The notes under the pieces are model-generated. The model was not told where the DNA came from and searched no databases. It saw nothing but the letters and a program-made list of their open reading frames with translations. DNA of 64,000 nucleotides from Octopus bimaculoides. Lineage: Eukaryota. The position numbers and the translations under genes are program-made. This document shows, piece after piece, positions 13,500 to 26,400 of the stretch. Each line of letters begins with the position of its first letter. Within the stretch, counting starts at the first letter, position 1. Where the stretch lies: positions 60,612,677 through 60,676,676 of the forward strand of contig NC_068988.1 of NCBI RefSeq assembly GCF_001194135.2. Reading direction: 5' to 3'.

Positions 13500-13860
13500 T
13501 TAGTCATTAGACTGTGGCCCTGCTGCAACACTGCCTTGAAGTGTCTAGTTGAACTAACCGATTCCAGTACTTACGTTTTTTGAAGTCTGGTACTTAATCT
13601 ATTAGTCTGTTTTGTCGAACCTGCTAAGCCATAGGAACGTAAACAAAGGAACACCGGTTTCAAACGTTGGTGAGAGAGAGACACACACACGCATAAAAAT
13701 ATATGCGACAGGCTTCACACAGTTTCCGTCTACCAAATATACTCACAAGGCATTGGTCAGCTCAGGGTTACAACAGAAGTCACTTGTCAAAGGTGTTGCG
13801 CAGCGGGACTGAACTTGAAACCACGTGGGTACAAATCGAGCTTCTTTACCTCACAACCAT
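13500..13860 (-). mobile_element. SINE family A, older copy
   Basis: Diverged reverse-complement match to 14549-14936. Confidence 0.75.
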
Positions 13861-14171
13861 TATTTTTCTCGTTTGTTTTTGTTATTAAACGAAACCGTTT
13901 TATTCTCGATAACCGAATACGATGGGATATTTGATCAGCAGCAGCCGTAACTGTATAGAAGGTGTCAACACAAAGCCGAAGCATTGGATTGATAGAAAAA
14001 TTCACTCGGTTTTTTCTTCTTGGCACTTCATCGTCATGCCTGAAAAGCGGTAAAATTTATTCAAATTTCAAAAGCGATAAACAAAAGTTGTAGAAAAAGA
14101 ATAGTGCTATAAAATAAATAAATAGATAAATATATAAATAAATGAATAAAAAACAAAGCCCCATAAAACAC

Positions 14172-14499
14172 TTATCCTCTGTAAGCCTAGTTCTTATTCT
14201 ATTGGTCTCTTTTGGCGAACCGCTAAGTTACGGGGACGTAGACACATCACCATCGGTTGTTAAGCGATGCTGGGGAGACAAACACAGACACACAAACATA
14301 TACACACACACACACATATATATATATACATATATACGACGGGCTTCTTTCAGTTTCCGTCTACCAAATCCACTCATAAGGCTTTGGTCGGCCCGAGGCT
14401 ATAGTAGAAGACATTTGCCCAAGGTGCCACGTAGTGGGACTGAACCCGGAACCATGTGGTTGGTAAGCAAGCTTCTTACCACACAGCCACACTTACGCC

Positions 14500-14501
<2 letters not shown>
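14172..14501 (-). mobile_element. SINE family A, 3'-truncated
   Basis: High-identity reverse complement of 14549-14870. Confidence 0.85.
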
Positions 14502-14541
<40 letters not shown>

Positions 14542-14548
14542 CATATAA

Positions 14549-14936
14549 TAGGCGCAGGAGTGGCTGTGTGGTAAGTAGCTTGCCTACCACATGGTTCCGG
14601 GTTCAGTCCCACTGCGTGGTACCTTGGGCAAGTGTCTTCTACTATAGCCTCGGGCCGACCAAAGCCTTGTGAGTGGATTTGGTAGACGGAAACTGAAAGA
14701 AGCCCGTCGTATATATGTATATATATATGTCTGTATGTGTTTGTGTGTCTGTGTTTGTCCCCCTAGCATTGCTTGACAACCGATGCTGGTGTGTTTATGT
14801 CCCCGTCACTTAGCGGTTCGGCAAAAGAGACCGATAGAATAAGTACTAGGCTTACAAAGAATAAGTCCCGGGGTCGATTTGCTCGACTAAAGGCGGTGCT
14901 CCAGCATGGCCGCAGTCAAATGACTGAAACAAGTAG
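14549..14936 (+). mobile_element. SINE family A, full length (tRNA head, accttgggcaagtgtctt CORE-like segment, internal AT/GT microsatellite)
   Basis: Many copies or halves in the window: about 16256-16410, 26402-26550, 30660-30820, 37400-37630, 39633-39800, 46393-46727, 50790-50990, 58123-58574 and 61480-61625. Confidence 0.88.
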
Positions 14937-14939
14937 AGA

Positions 14940-15660
14940 GTATATAATAATATAAATAATATATAAGCATGTGCACATATACATACCTACATATATATGT
15001 ATATATACATGCATATATGGATACAGGACATAAAAAAAACGTGAACAAAAAGGGAAACGAGAACATAAAAAAACAGAAGACGAAATTATTTTCGAACAAC
15101 GAAAGAAACAAGTAGAGAAACGAGACAGGCAACATAAAGAACATTCCCTTCATCAGTTGTCCCCCTGTTTTATTTACTCCGCGTTTCAAAGGTAAGGACA
15201 AGGTGCGACTTCGTTAAAACAGTCCTTCCCACAAAACAAATTAAATTAAAAAAACAGGACAGTGAGAACAAAACAGTAAAAACAAACAGTGAGGGCTGTT
15301 AAGCCAAGAAGATGTGAAGTGGTGAACACTGAAAAAACGAGCTTTGAGAAGAGACTGGTAAAAGCACGTCTCGTCTTTAGGAAGAAAGAAAGATGGATAG
15401 CCGTTGGTCACGTGTGAGCAACGAGTCAAGGAGGAAGAGTAAGAGAGGGGGACGGTTAATGGGAGAGGAGACGAATAAGGAAAGAGTGGGAGAGAAAAAC
15501 AGAAAGAAAGAAGAACAAGAGAGGGAGATAGATAAAAGAATAGAGATAGAATGAGACTGCGCATCGTAATTATTAAGATAAAACTTACTTGGAAATGGAT
15601 GCGTGGCGTTCGATCATATAATAATATAAATAATATATAAGTATATGCATATATACATAT
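14940..15660 (-). mobile_element. Non-autonomous element with terminal direct repeats (copy 1); ends approximate
   Basis: Identical 25-nt tataataatataaataatatataag at 14943 and 15617; internal blocks ATGATCGAACG, CAAGTAAGTTTT, CTCGTTGCTCAC and CTGATGAAGG shared with 61629-62486. Confidence 0.55.
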
Positions 15661-17337
15661 ATATATATTATATCTATATCTATATCTCTCTCTGTTTCTC
15701 TCTCTCTATATATATGGCATAAATAAATTTATGTTTTATGTAGAATGTCTTACAGCTGTTTCAGGGAAAGTTCAATGTATCCCTTTATCGGAGACGGTAA
15801 TAGTAGAAGATAAGGATTATTACATCTGTATGAGGAGATTTGCAGTAAGAAATGAGAGCGATGCAGAGAAGAAAAAACAAAGAAGAAAAAGTACTTGGAG
15901 TATAGTTCCATTCCAAAAGTAAATATCCATGTATAGAATCCGTGTGGGTATTTTCCAGTGATAATTATATTTATATTGGTGGATACATATCATTTCGTAT
16001 CCATATGGAGATCGATCCATAAGGAGTCTACTATAGACCTTTGTGGAGAAATGTTTGCTATTTTGGTAACGATTACATGTTTATCTCACCAATACATTGT
16101 GGAGACATCATTATATGAACATATATATATATATTGTACATAGGCGAACTGGCAGAATCGTTAGCCCGACGGGCGAAATGCATAATGGTATTTTGTCTGC
16201 CGCTACGTTCTGAGTTCAAATTCCGCCGAGATCGACTTTGCCTTTCATCCTTTCGGGGTGGAGTGGCTGTGTGGTAGGTAACTTGCTTACCAACCACATG
16301 GTTCCGCATTCAGTTCCACTGCGTGACACCTTGGGCAAGTGTCTTCTTACTATAGCTTCGGGCCGACCAAAGTCTTGTGAGTAGATTTGGTAGACGGAAA
16401 CTGGAAGAAGCCCTAACCATTGGGCCATTGCGCATCCACGGCAGTGAATGTAGCTAGCTTTGGTATGACTGAAAACTTCATATGCTACTAACTGCCGAAA
16501 AATGTTAGTATATCGTTAGGAAAAGAACATTTTAGATCTCGTGTTTTATGAGTATTTTTTAGACGTTATGGAGCAGTTGTAGGAAGATTTGACTGCTATA
16601 TTTAGTAGTTCGAGAGACCACGTTAAGTATTCACTTTCGTTGTCACATCTTTGTGTGTTTACTGTACCCATAGAAACAGTGGACGCGGCTTCCGTCAACA
16701 ATGGTGGTTCCGATTTGTTAAATGTATATAATTTTAAATACTCATACCTTATTTAATTTCTACAAAAAATTAATGTGATTCTCATCATGCAAAACTACAT
16801 CAATATAGAAAACTTTAAAAAATCTGGTGAAAATTTGAAATAATTTAAGTGATTGGAAGAGCTTTAAAAAGACTCAAATTATTTTGTATTTTGATATTTC
16901 AGACAGAGTTCTTTCTCACTCTTGATGAAGAATCCAGCTCAAAACTTAAGCTTTTTGTTTCTTCTTTACATCGTTTATTTCCATTTGTGAACTCTGTGCA
17001 ATAAATAGCTGAGGACTCCATTTGCACCCATATTCGTAGACAGAATTTGTGTGTGACTGTGTGTCAAAAGTTTGCCTTTACGAATCACGAGTATTTACCA
17101 TCTGACAAACCTCTTTATAATTTCGTCTGTTCACAAGGCCTGAGTCGGTCGGAGATTAGTATTGAAAATATATGCCGCATGATCGCTTTGCAATCACGTG
17201 GCATATATCTTCAACAATTTGGCTTTGCTTTCATACATGTCAATACACACACACACACACACACACACATGCACACACACGCATGTATGGATATATTCAT
17301 GGGCGTCTGTGCATACATGCATACATACATACATACA

Positions 17338-17374
<37 letters not shown>

Positions 17375-18221
17375 TGATAAAAATGTGAAGAAGTGACACC
17401 ATTTACAATTTTTTCCTTTCATTCTTCCGCCCTCTACCCCCATCCTTCCTCAGTTCTGCAACGTTTCCATTTACGTCCATTGGGATTGAACTTGTTTGGC
17501 AAGTTAAAGAAAATAATATATTTAATTTTTTTTTATATCATCATTTCGAAGCACCTATTAAATGAACCACAATTTAGCTGCAGCTAAGCGCGCTATTTTA
17601 ATAACAATCTCCAGCGATTTGCCTTATCAGTTGATGCTTGATACCCTGGTTGGTGGAGCGTAAAAAATGGCGTCCGTTACTACCAATGGTAGTATTTATG
17701 AATTCACGTCTTCAGCTTTGATCTTTGCTATGTATTCATGAGAAATGCTGTTTTTTGTTTGAATGATGAAAACAACGTTACAATGAACATATCTCAGTGA
17801 AAAATAATAATATTTTACCATCACTAACGAATATTTTCATGTAAATATGTTTTTTTAGTCATAAGCCATTTCAGAAAAATCTTTAAAAAATGAAAAATGG
17901 GGAAGAAATGAATATAGAAGAAAATGCAATAATATGTTATTCCCAAATCAGTCACAGTTCGTTCTAGCCGGTTATTAAAACACAATGAAGAACAATAATG
18001 GAAATTCTTCTCACTATATATCTTATTTTATTTAATAAAAACACTGGATGTGTATATATTTGTATGTGTATGTGTATGTGTATGTATATGCGCATATGTG
18101 TGTATTACAACACTACAGCGCACGTATGTGCGGATACAGAACCCCACCTCCATAGAGACGTGAATACGCGGACTTGTAATTCTTTTTATTTAATATGCAC
18201 ATTGAAAGGGCATATACGTAA

Positions 18222-18253
<32 letters not shown>

Positions 18254-21200
18254 NNNNNNNNNNNNNNNNNNNNNNNNNNNNNNNNNNNNNNNNNNNNNNN
18301 NNNNNNNNNNNNNNNNNNNNNNNNNNNNNNNNNNNNNNNNNNNNNNNNNNNNNNNNNNNNNNNNNNNNNNNNNNNNNNNNNNNNNNNNNNNNNNNNNNNN
18401 NNNNNNNNNNNNNNNNNNNNNNNNNNNNNNNNNNNNNNNNNNNNNNNNNNNNNNNNNNNNNNNNNNNNNNNNNNNNNNNNNNNNNNNNNNNNNNNNNNNN
18501 NNNNNNNNNNNNNNNNNNNNNNNNNNNNNNNNNNNNNNNNNNNNNNNNNNNNNNNNNNNNNNNNNNNNNNNNNNNNNNNNNNNNNNNNNNNNNNNNNNNN
18601 NNNNNNNNNNNNNNNNNNNNNNNNNNNNNNNNNNNNNNNNNNNNNNNNNNNNNNNNNNNNNNNNNNNNNNNNNNNNNNNNNNNNNNNNNNNNNNNNNNNN
18701 NNNNNNNNNNNNNNNNNNNNNNNNNNNNNNNNNNNNNNNNNNNNNNNNNNNNNNNNNNNNNNNNNNNNNNNNNNNNNNNNNNNNNNNNNNNNNNNNNNNN
18801 NNNNNNNNNNNNNNNNNNNNNNNNNNNNNNNNNNNNNNNNNNNNNNNNNNNNNNNNNNNNNNNNNNNNNNNNNNNNNNNNNNNNNNNNNNNNNNNNNNNN
18901 NNNNNNNNNNNNNNNNNNNNNNNNNNNNNNNNNNNNNNNNNNNNNNNNNNNNNNNNNNNNNNNNNNNNNNNNNNNNNNNNNNNNNNNNNNNNNNNNNNNN
19001 NNNNNNNNNNNNNNNNNNNNNNNNNNNNNNNNNNNNNNNNNNNNNNNNNNNNNNNNNNNNNNNNNNNNNNNNNNNNNNNNNNNNNNNNNNNNNNNNNNNN
19101 NNNNNNNNNNNNNNNNNNNNNNNNNNNNNNNNNNNNNNNNNNNNNNNNNNNNNNNNNNNNNNNNNNNNNNNNNNNNNNNNNNNNNNNNNNNNNNNNNATA
19201 TATATATATATATATAACTATACGTACGTATGAATATGTACACGCACACAGACACACGCGCGCACATACATATCTCCACTTTCGGTTATGAGTCTCTTTG
19301 TGTTCGCTGAGTTTTTTTTTGTTTTTTTTTTGTGCCGAATTTCTCTGTCGGTTTATTTCCCCTCTGTGGGAATGCGTAATTATGTAACCACCCAATTACA
19401 CTGAAAGATCTTGTGCTCAGTCGGGCGCGATCTGCCTATCTTTGTAAGATATTCAACCGATTGCTAGCAAGCAACATCATCCTTTCTTTCTCTTATCCAA
19501 TGTCTTTTCACACCGTTTTAGAATTATTGCTAACTTAGTTCTTTTATTTATGTCGTTTTTCCACAGAATTCTTTCTGTCGGTAAAAGAAAAATGGACGCT
19601 TCTAAAGTGAAATAACTGTCAAACGATTTTTCTTTCGCGTTAATGTGTGTTGAACATTTATACCTCATACGATAAACGCATTCCGATGATAATCTCACCT
19701 AGGAATCATTCACCTTCTTTGTTTGTTTGTTTGTTTGTTTGTTTGTTTGTTTCTTTCTTTCTTTCTTTCGTTCTTTCTTTCTTTCTTTCTTTCTTTCATT
19801 TCATCATTATATCTTTTCTTCTTCCTCCGTCCCCATTCTCTTACTTTTTCTGCTCTTTTCTTTCCTTTTTTCCTTCCTTTCATTCTTTTTTTCATTTTTT
19901 TTTCTTGACATCTACCACCCTCTTCATTGTCTACACTACAGCCGCCACCGTCACCACCACCATCCCCACCGCCACCACTATTATCACCACCTCCANNNNN
20001 NNNNNNNNNNNNNNNNNNNNNNNNNNNNNNNNNNNNNNNNNNNNNNNNNNNNNNNNNNNNNNNNNNNNNNNNNNNNNNNNNNNNNNNNNNNNNNNNNNNN
20101 NNNNNNNNNNNNNNNNNNNNNNNNNNNNNNNNNNNNNNNNNNNNNNNNNNNNNNNNNNNNNNNNNNNNNNNNNNNNNNNNNNNNNNNNNNNNNNNNNNNN
20201 NNNNNNNNNNNNNNNNNNNNNNNNNNNNNNNNNNNNNNNNNNNNNNNNNNNNNNNNNNNNNNNNNNNNNNNNNNNNNNNNNNNNNNNNNNNNNNNNNNNN
20301 NNNNNNNNNNNNNNNNNNNNNNNNNNNNNNNNNNNNNNNNNNNNNNNNNNNNNNNNNNNNNNNNNNNNNNNNNNNNNNNNNNNNNNNNNNNNNNNNNNNN
20401 NNNNNNNNNNNNNNNNNNNNNNNNNNNNNNNNNNNNNNNNNNNNNNNNNNNNNNNNNNNNNNNNNNNNNNNNNNNNNNNNNNNNNNNNNNNNNNNNNNNN
20501 NNNNNACCGCCAACACCAAAACTCCACTATCATATCCACTACCATCAAAACCACCACAACCGTAGCCCCCGCCACAACCAGATCCTCCACAAACAGGCTT
20601 TAAGATACTTTCGTTTCTATAATTAGTTTGTGGAGTTGGTCAAAATGTGTCTGAGCGAATCTCTTTGTTAAGCTGATTTCACGGATACGTGATTGCACAT
20701 AGTGTAAACGTCTTTTTTTTTTTTTTTCATTGAACACTACCACAAGTGCCGCCATTGATTTCATTATACCACCACCATAACTCTCACTACGACAGTTAAC
20801 ACCGCCACCACCACACCCACCGCCGCCGCCGCAACTATTTCCAGAAACCGTTTCATTACTATTGCAAGTTAACGAGGGAGCCTCTGTACTTTATCACCTG
20901 GCATGCTAGAAATAGTTGCTACATCACACCCTATCGCATCTCAAAAGACGGACGTGCAGGATAATTCTTTGCTATAGGAATTAGAGAGGATGGTCTCGGA
21001 TAGCACACCTTAGATCATTGGTCTATTCGATCATGGATGACGTAGTGATGAGAAACAATAACAACATCTGCCACCACTACTGTCATCGTAATCACAGTTA
21101 CGATATCTTCCTTTTCAATCTTTCTTACCTCTTCCTTCACCTCCTCTTTAGCTACAGCAATAACAACATTAAGCTAATGAAGAAAGCTTCTACATGGCCG

Positions 21201-21440
21201 TTGGATATGCTGAACCACTCCATACGATAAAAATCTGTACATCACAATGACTAGGGTGGTCTGAAACACCAGTATATCTGGAACACTAAATAAATGTACC
21301 ACGTCACCTAGTCGTTCAGCAGATTACATATGATTTATAGATTAGCTGGATTAGCACTGATTGTCAATACAAAATCACATACGCTGTGCTACACACAGAC
21401 ATGTTTACACACAAATACATACTTCACAACCTTTGAGGTA

Positions 21441-21515
21441 ATGGAAAAAAAAAGACTAGAACTCGTGTCGAAATGTAGACGTGTACGTAAGCATCTTTTA
21501 AAGTACAAATTACAA
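21441..21515 (+). mobile_element. Penelope-like ORF C-terminal remnant
   Basis: KKRLELVSKCRRVRKHLLK resembles the PLE terminal motif LNKRSELVSKCRH.NK.LL. Confidence 0.55.
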
Positions 21516-22565
21516 ATAGGATTATAACCTATTTTCTATTCTCGTTTCACCTTTTGCATCCAATTTCTTGTTTCTTTTCTTGTGTTTTCCCATAGACCAG
21601 TATCCTGGTTTTCAAAATGACTAGCCATACATACTTGAACCAGAAGGATTGCTTGCAGGCACGATATATAAATCTGCCGAATTATTGTGTTTCCACAACA
21701 TGAAACTACTAGTAGCTCATATTTAAATACTGTGTATATTGGCTTCAAATTTTGGTACTAAGCCAGCAAGTTCGAGAAAGGGTATAAGTCGACTGCATAA
21801 ACCCCAGTGCTCAACTGGTACTTATTTCATCGATCTCCCCAGAAGATGAAACGCAAAGTGTGAACTCGGTGGAATTTGAACTTAGGACGTAAAAACGGAC
21901 GAAATACCGCTGAGCATTTTTCCCGTCGTGCAAAAGGCACTCTATATTTAATGATATATATATATATNNNNNNNNNNNNNNNNNNNNNNNNNNNNNNNNN
22001 NNNNNNNNNNNNNNNNNNNNNNNNNNNNNNNNNNNNNNNNNNNNNNNNNNNNNNNNNNNNNNNNNNNNNNNNNNNNNNNNNNNNNNNNNNNNNNNNNNNN
22101 NNNNNNNNNNNNNNNNNNNNNNNNNNNNNNNNNNNNNNNNNNNNNNNNNNNNNNNNNNNNNNNNNNNNNNNNNNNNNNNNNNNNNNNNNNNNNNNNNNNN
22201 NNNNNNNNNNNNNNNNNNNNNNNNNNNNNNNNNNNNNNNNNNNNNNNNNNNNNNNNNNNNNNNNNNNNNNNNNNNNNNNNNNNNNNNNNNNNNNNNNNNN
22301 NNNNNNNNNNNNNNNNNNNNNNNNNNNNNNNNNNNNNNNNNNNNNNNNNNNNNNNNNNNNNNNNNNNNNNNNNNNNNNNNNNNNNNNNNNNNNNNNNNNN
22401 NNNNNNNNNNNNNNNNNNNNNNNNNNNNNNNNNNNNNNNNNNNNNNNNNNNNNNNNNNNNNNNNNNNNNNNNNNNNNNNNNNNNNNNNNNNNNNNNNNNN
22501 NNNNNNNNNNNNNNNNNCGTGTGTGTGTGTGTTTGTGTGTGTGTATACATACATACATAGATATA

Positions 22566-22598
<33 letters not shown>

Positions 22599-22930
22599 AT
22601 ATAAGATTTATAATGATAAGGAGAATGGAGATTTTTGCATCCGTATATATATATATATATATATATTTAGTTTACTGTTTCGTTTCAATATATATATATA
22701 TGTATGTGTTCATATATATATATATACATATACACACACACACACACACATATACATGCATATTTTTAGTTTTGTGTGAATGCATGCTTGGGCATGTGTG
22801 CATTTTATTTATTTGATTGCTTTTGTATATGTTTATTACTGTGTGTTGACGCATGAGTATGTTTAAATGCCGGATGTTGCATTATGATGTATGTATAAAT
22901 TTAGGTAATATGTGTCTGTGTGTATGTGTG

Positions 22931-22969
<39 letters not shown>

Positions 22970-23992
22970 TATATGTTATCTATATACGCATACATACATG
23001 TATGTATATACATGCACACATGCACACACAAACATACATGTGCACGCAAATATTTATAAATATGGTGCCGGAAATTTATGATAAAACCCAAACATACGAT
23101 TGTCCTCTACTGAAAGTCATTTCCGGCAGTGAGCTTTCGATCAATGACCAAACTGGCTCATAACGTGAACATTTTGAGGTCATAAAACATTAAACGTAAC
23201 ATCAACAGCTAATAATGAACAGATGCCATTGTAAGATGGTGTGTATTCCAGAGCATTTTACAACTCCTATTAGCTGGTTTACATGGCTATGTGGTTAAGA
23301 AGCTTCTTTTGCAGCCACATAGTATCAGGTTCACTTCCACTGCAGGCACATACGGCAAATGTCTTCTAATATAGACCTGAAAGTCCAGCATAATGCGATT
23401 GCTGTGACAAGAAGATATGGACTTCCAGCGTTGATATGAAATATTAATTTCATTAATTTTGTTTCAAACTAATTTCCCTTTCATTACAACACTCGCAGTA
23501 ATACCCGTCGTTGATCGGGTAATTACTTTTACTCTTTCTCGGGAGCCACATTCAAAGTGTCATTATATATATATAGATCTACTCCTCCTGTATGTAATAA
23601 AAATCATGTAATAATTGAAGTAGAAAAAAGATCAATTTCATACACGAACTTCTGTTTGTTTATTATATGACAATAATAAGTGAGTTGCATGTGTTATTTT
23701 ATATATCAATACAGTAATGGCAATTATATAGATACACAAGACTTTGGCCGGCACGGAGCTGTAATAAAAGGGAATTGCCCAACGTGCCGCACAGTAGGAC
23801 CGAACAGAAGGCGACATAGCTTGAAAGCAAGCTTCTCAACCACACATCCACGCCTATAAAGTAGAGATACATTTTGGATAATATACTCCTTGATACAATA
23901 CGCTTAACAAAAAGATAGGTTGTTTACGGCGAGAAGACCTTTTATGTTAATATTTACTCGATCAGCGAAACAACTATTAACACTACGCTATA

Positions 23993-24478
23993 CAGGGTGT
24001 TCCAAAATTAACTATCCATTTCATTGAAATTGAGCAAATTTTAAAAAGAACTGTCAGAATTTTATGTTTATTACCAAAACAAATAGATTTATAAATCTTA
24101 CGTCAAACTTTTATTGAAAATTTTCAACATGCCTGTATCCCTGCATACTTCAAATCTCTCCTTAGCGTTGTGAAACACATTTTGAAGCATTTCAGGATTT
24201 AGCTCCTGGACTGCTAACTGAATGTGTTCTTTAAGCTCAGCTAAACGATTGCTCCATCTTGGGAATGGAGGTAAAGAAAATGATTGCTGCCAAATTGAAA
24301 AGAAAAGCTGTCATGAACAAACAAGAGGGATCCAACAGGAATGAAAATAAAATTATAAACAAAATTCAAAATTTATTCACTTTCAACACATATTAAACAT
24401 GATAAACATAAATGAAAGGGAATTTTTTTAAAATGCACCCGATTTCACTCAAATCATCATTAATTCTGGGACACTCTG
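23993..24478 (-). mobile_element. Internally deleted Tc1/mariner element (MITE-like, 486 bp)
   Basis: TA + CAGGGTGTTCCAAAATTAA ... TTAATTCTGGGACACTCTG + TA terminal inverted repeats; residual transposase C-terminus LAELKEHIQLAVQELNPEMLQNVFHNAKERFEVC on the minus strand. Confidence 0.85.
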
Positions 24479-24871
24479 TATTTACTCGTCCGAATAAACG
24501 GAGGAAGGAACACGGGTCGCAGGACTAATTGCAGGTGGCAAGCGTAGCTTCCGGAAATGGTCACCCAGTCAAACTCAAATGGCTGTGAGTCACAACAGCA
24601 GTTTGTTTTTCTTTTTTTTGTATGAACATTTTGCATTATATAGTTCAGACATGGATGACATAGAAAGCAGAAATGCTGCCAGGCCATGCCGCGTTGCACA
24701 GGATTGGAAATGTGAAACATTAACAGGGCACTTCTGGAGAATGAATGAATGGGTTTGTTGTGCCTTTATCCAGCCGCACACACACGCATATGACCCGGTG
24801 GTGCGCTGGATGGTAACATGAAGCATCAACAAGGCGCCGACAAAAATTTTAATGTTCTCATNNNNNNNNNN

Positions 24872-25119
24872 AGCAAATTTTAAGAAAGTGACTGGATACT
24901 GTTCATGTCTCGGGCCTTAACGCTGCGAAAATGCTTTTAAAATGCGGTTTATCTGCCTCTGTGCCCTCATTAGGTAAGAAGTTGAAGATTTTTTTGGCCC
25001 ATGACACTCCATGGACCCTATGTAATGCATGTGTAAAATTTCATTAAAATCGGTTGGGTGGATCTCGAGTTTTAACGACATGACAAACACACAGACAGAC
25101 ACACATCCTGTGTTTTATA
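24872..25119 (+). mobile_element. Possible Helentron/HINE-like non-autonomous element end
   Basis: aaatttcattaaaatcggttgggtggatctcgagtt ... (acag)n ... ttttatata resembles DINE-1/HINE-type termini; the mariner starting at 25122 sits in its terminal TA. Confidence 0.4.
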
Positions 25120-25121
25120 TA

Positions 25122-26400
25122 CAGGGTGTCCCCCCAAAATGTATAGACACTTTAAATAATTATAAAGTAGGTGTTTATTAAGATACATTTCATTTCCAAA
25201 ATTTAATAGAATCTACAGATATAATTTTATTGTTTTGTCAACGCCTGTTTTCAAACTGACGTTCTTTCTGGTCCAGGCACTGTTGACAACGCGAAGCAAT
25301 GGAATTGCAAACATCACCAAACAATTCGTTTGGTATTTGTGTGCATTCTTGTTCGGTGGTTGCTCTCAAATCAGCGACTGTTGCAGGTTTCACAGCGTAG
25401 ACTTTGTCTGTTAGGTATCCCCATAAAAAAATTCTAGTGGTGTGAGGTCTGGTGAACGCGGAGGGTCTTCAACGAAATCCCTACGCCCAATCCACCTGTT
25501 TGGCAAGGGCTCATCAAGGAAGGATGTAACATTGCGATGGTAGAGTGGGAGTGCCCCATCTTGCTGAAAATAAAACTCCTCATCTTCAAAGTCTTCTCTA
25601 AAGCTTGGCATGAGAGATAGTTGCAGTAAGTTCAAGTAAACAGGACCAGTCACAGTAGCGTCAAAAAGAATGGTCCAATTAATCCTCTTGATGATAAGCC
25701 ACACAACACTGTAACTCCTGGTAAATTAACATGGTGTTCCACCATAACATGCGGATTCTCAGGTCCCCAGTATGTGTGCAATTGTGGCGGTTAATTGAAC
25801 CATTTAATTTAAATGTGGCCTCTTCACTCCACACAAGCTTTGTTGGAAAGTGTGCATCTTCTGCACATCGTGCCAAGCACCACTCGCAATATTACACATC
25901 CTAGGTCTGGTTCATTATCATCAATAGCATGGACTAATCTTGGAACGTAACTCTTCCATTGACAACGTTTCAAAATGCGTTGGAAAGGCGATTTTGAAAT
26001 ACTTACCTCACGACTCGCTTGCCAGACAGATTTTCAGATTTTCTTGGACTTAGGTGATATGTTTCCAGCACTCTTTCTTGCTTTTTAGGGTTTGTCGATG
26101 TTCGTGGTCTTCTGGAATGCTTCTTGTGGACATTCTGAACAGTTCCATTGGCTTCAAACTTATCTCTAATTCGAGTGATGGTAAGTCGTGTTGGTGGCTC
26201 TGTTTGAAGCTCCCTCCTAAATTGTCATTGCACTTCAACTGCGTTTTCACATTTCCAGTAGTATTTTAGAATGGATGTCCTTTGTTCAAAGCTTAGTCTG
26301 ACAGCCATTATTAATTTTAATGTATTTGATCTGGAAAGAAAAAAACATTAATTGAGTTATCAGCTGCTGAAGTGTTTATACATTTCTTTGGGACACCCTT
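25122..26400 (-). mobile_element. Near full-length, frameshifted rosa-type (DD41D) Tc1/mariner transposon
   Basis: TIRs CAGGGTGTCCCCCCAAAATGTATAGACACTT and aagtgtttatacattctttgggacaccct; peptides [18 protein letters not shown] and FQQDGA...WIGR...[13 protein letters not shown], with 41 residues between the second D and the third acidic residue (E here). Confidence 0.88.

Noticed and set aside
13880-15825. Possible minus-strand exons (15825-15754; from 14039, GMTMKCQEEKTE* with AATAAA at 13899)
   Set aside because: The open frame of the 72-nt exon is not phase-compatible with the short terminal frame, the donor is weak and the peptides are unrecognisable.
16918-16950. Further hammerhead-like relics (16918-16950 on +, about 39110-39145 on -)
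   Set aside because: Several substitutions are needed to restore the core; not supportable individually.
17625-17645. CTTATCAGTT...TGATAC resembling U2 snRNA stem IIa
   Set aside because: No flanking U2 sequence (branch-point pairing region, Sm site).
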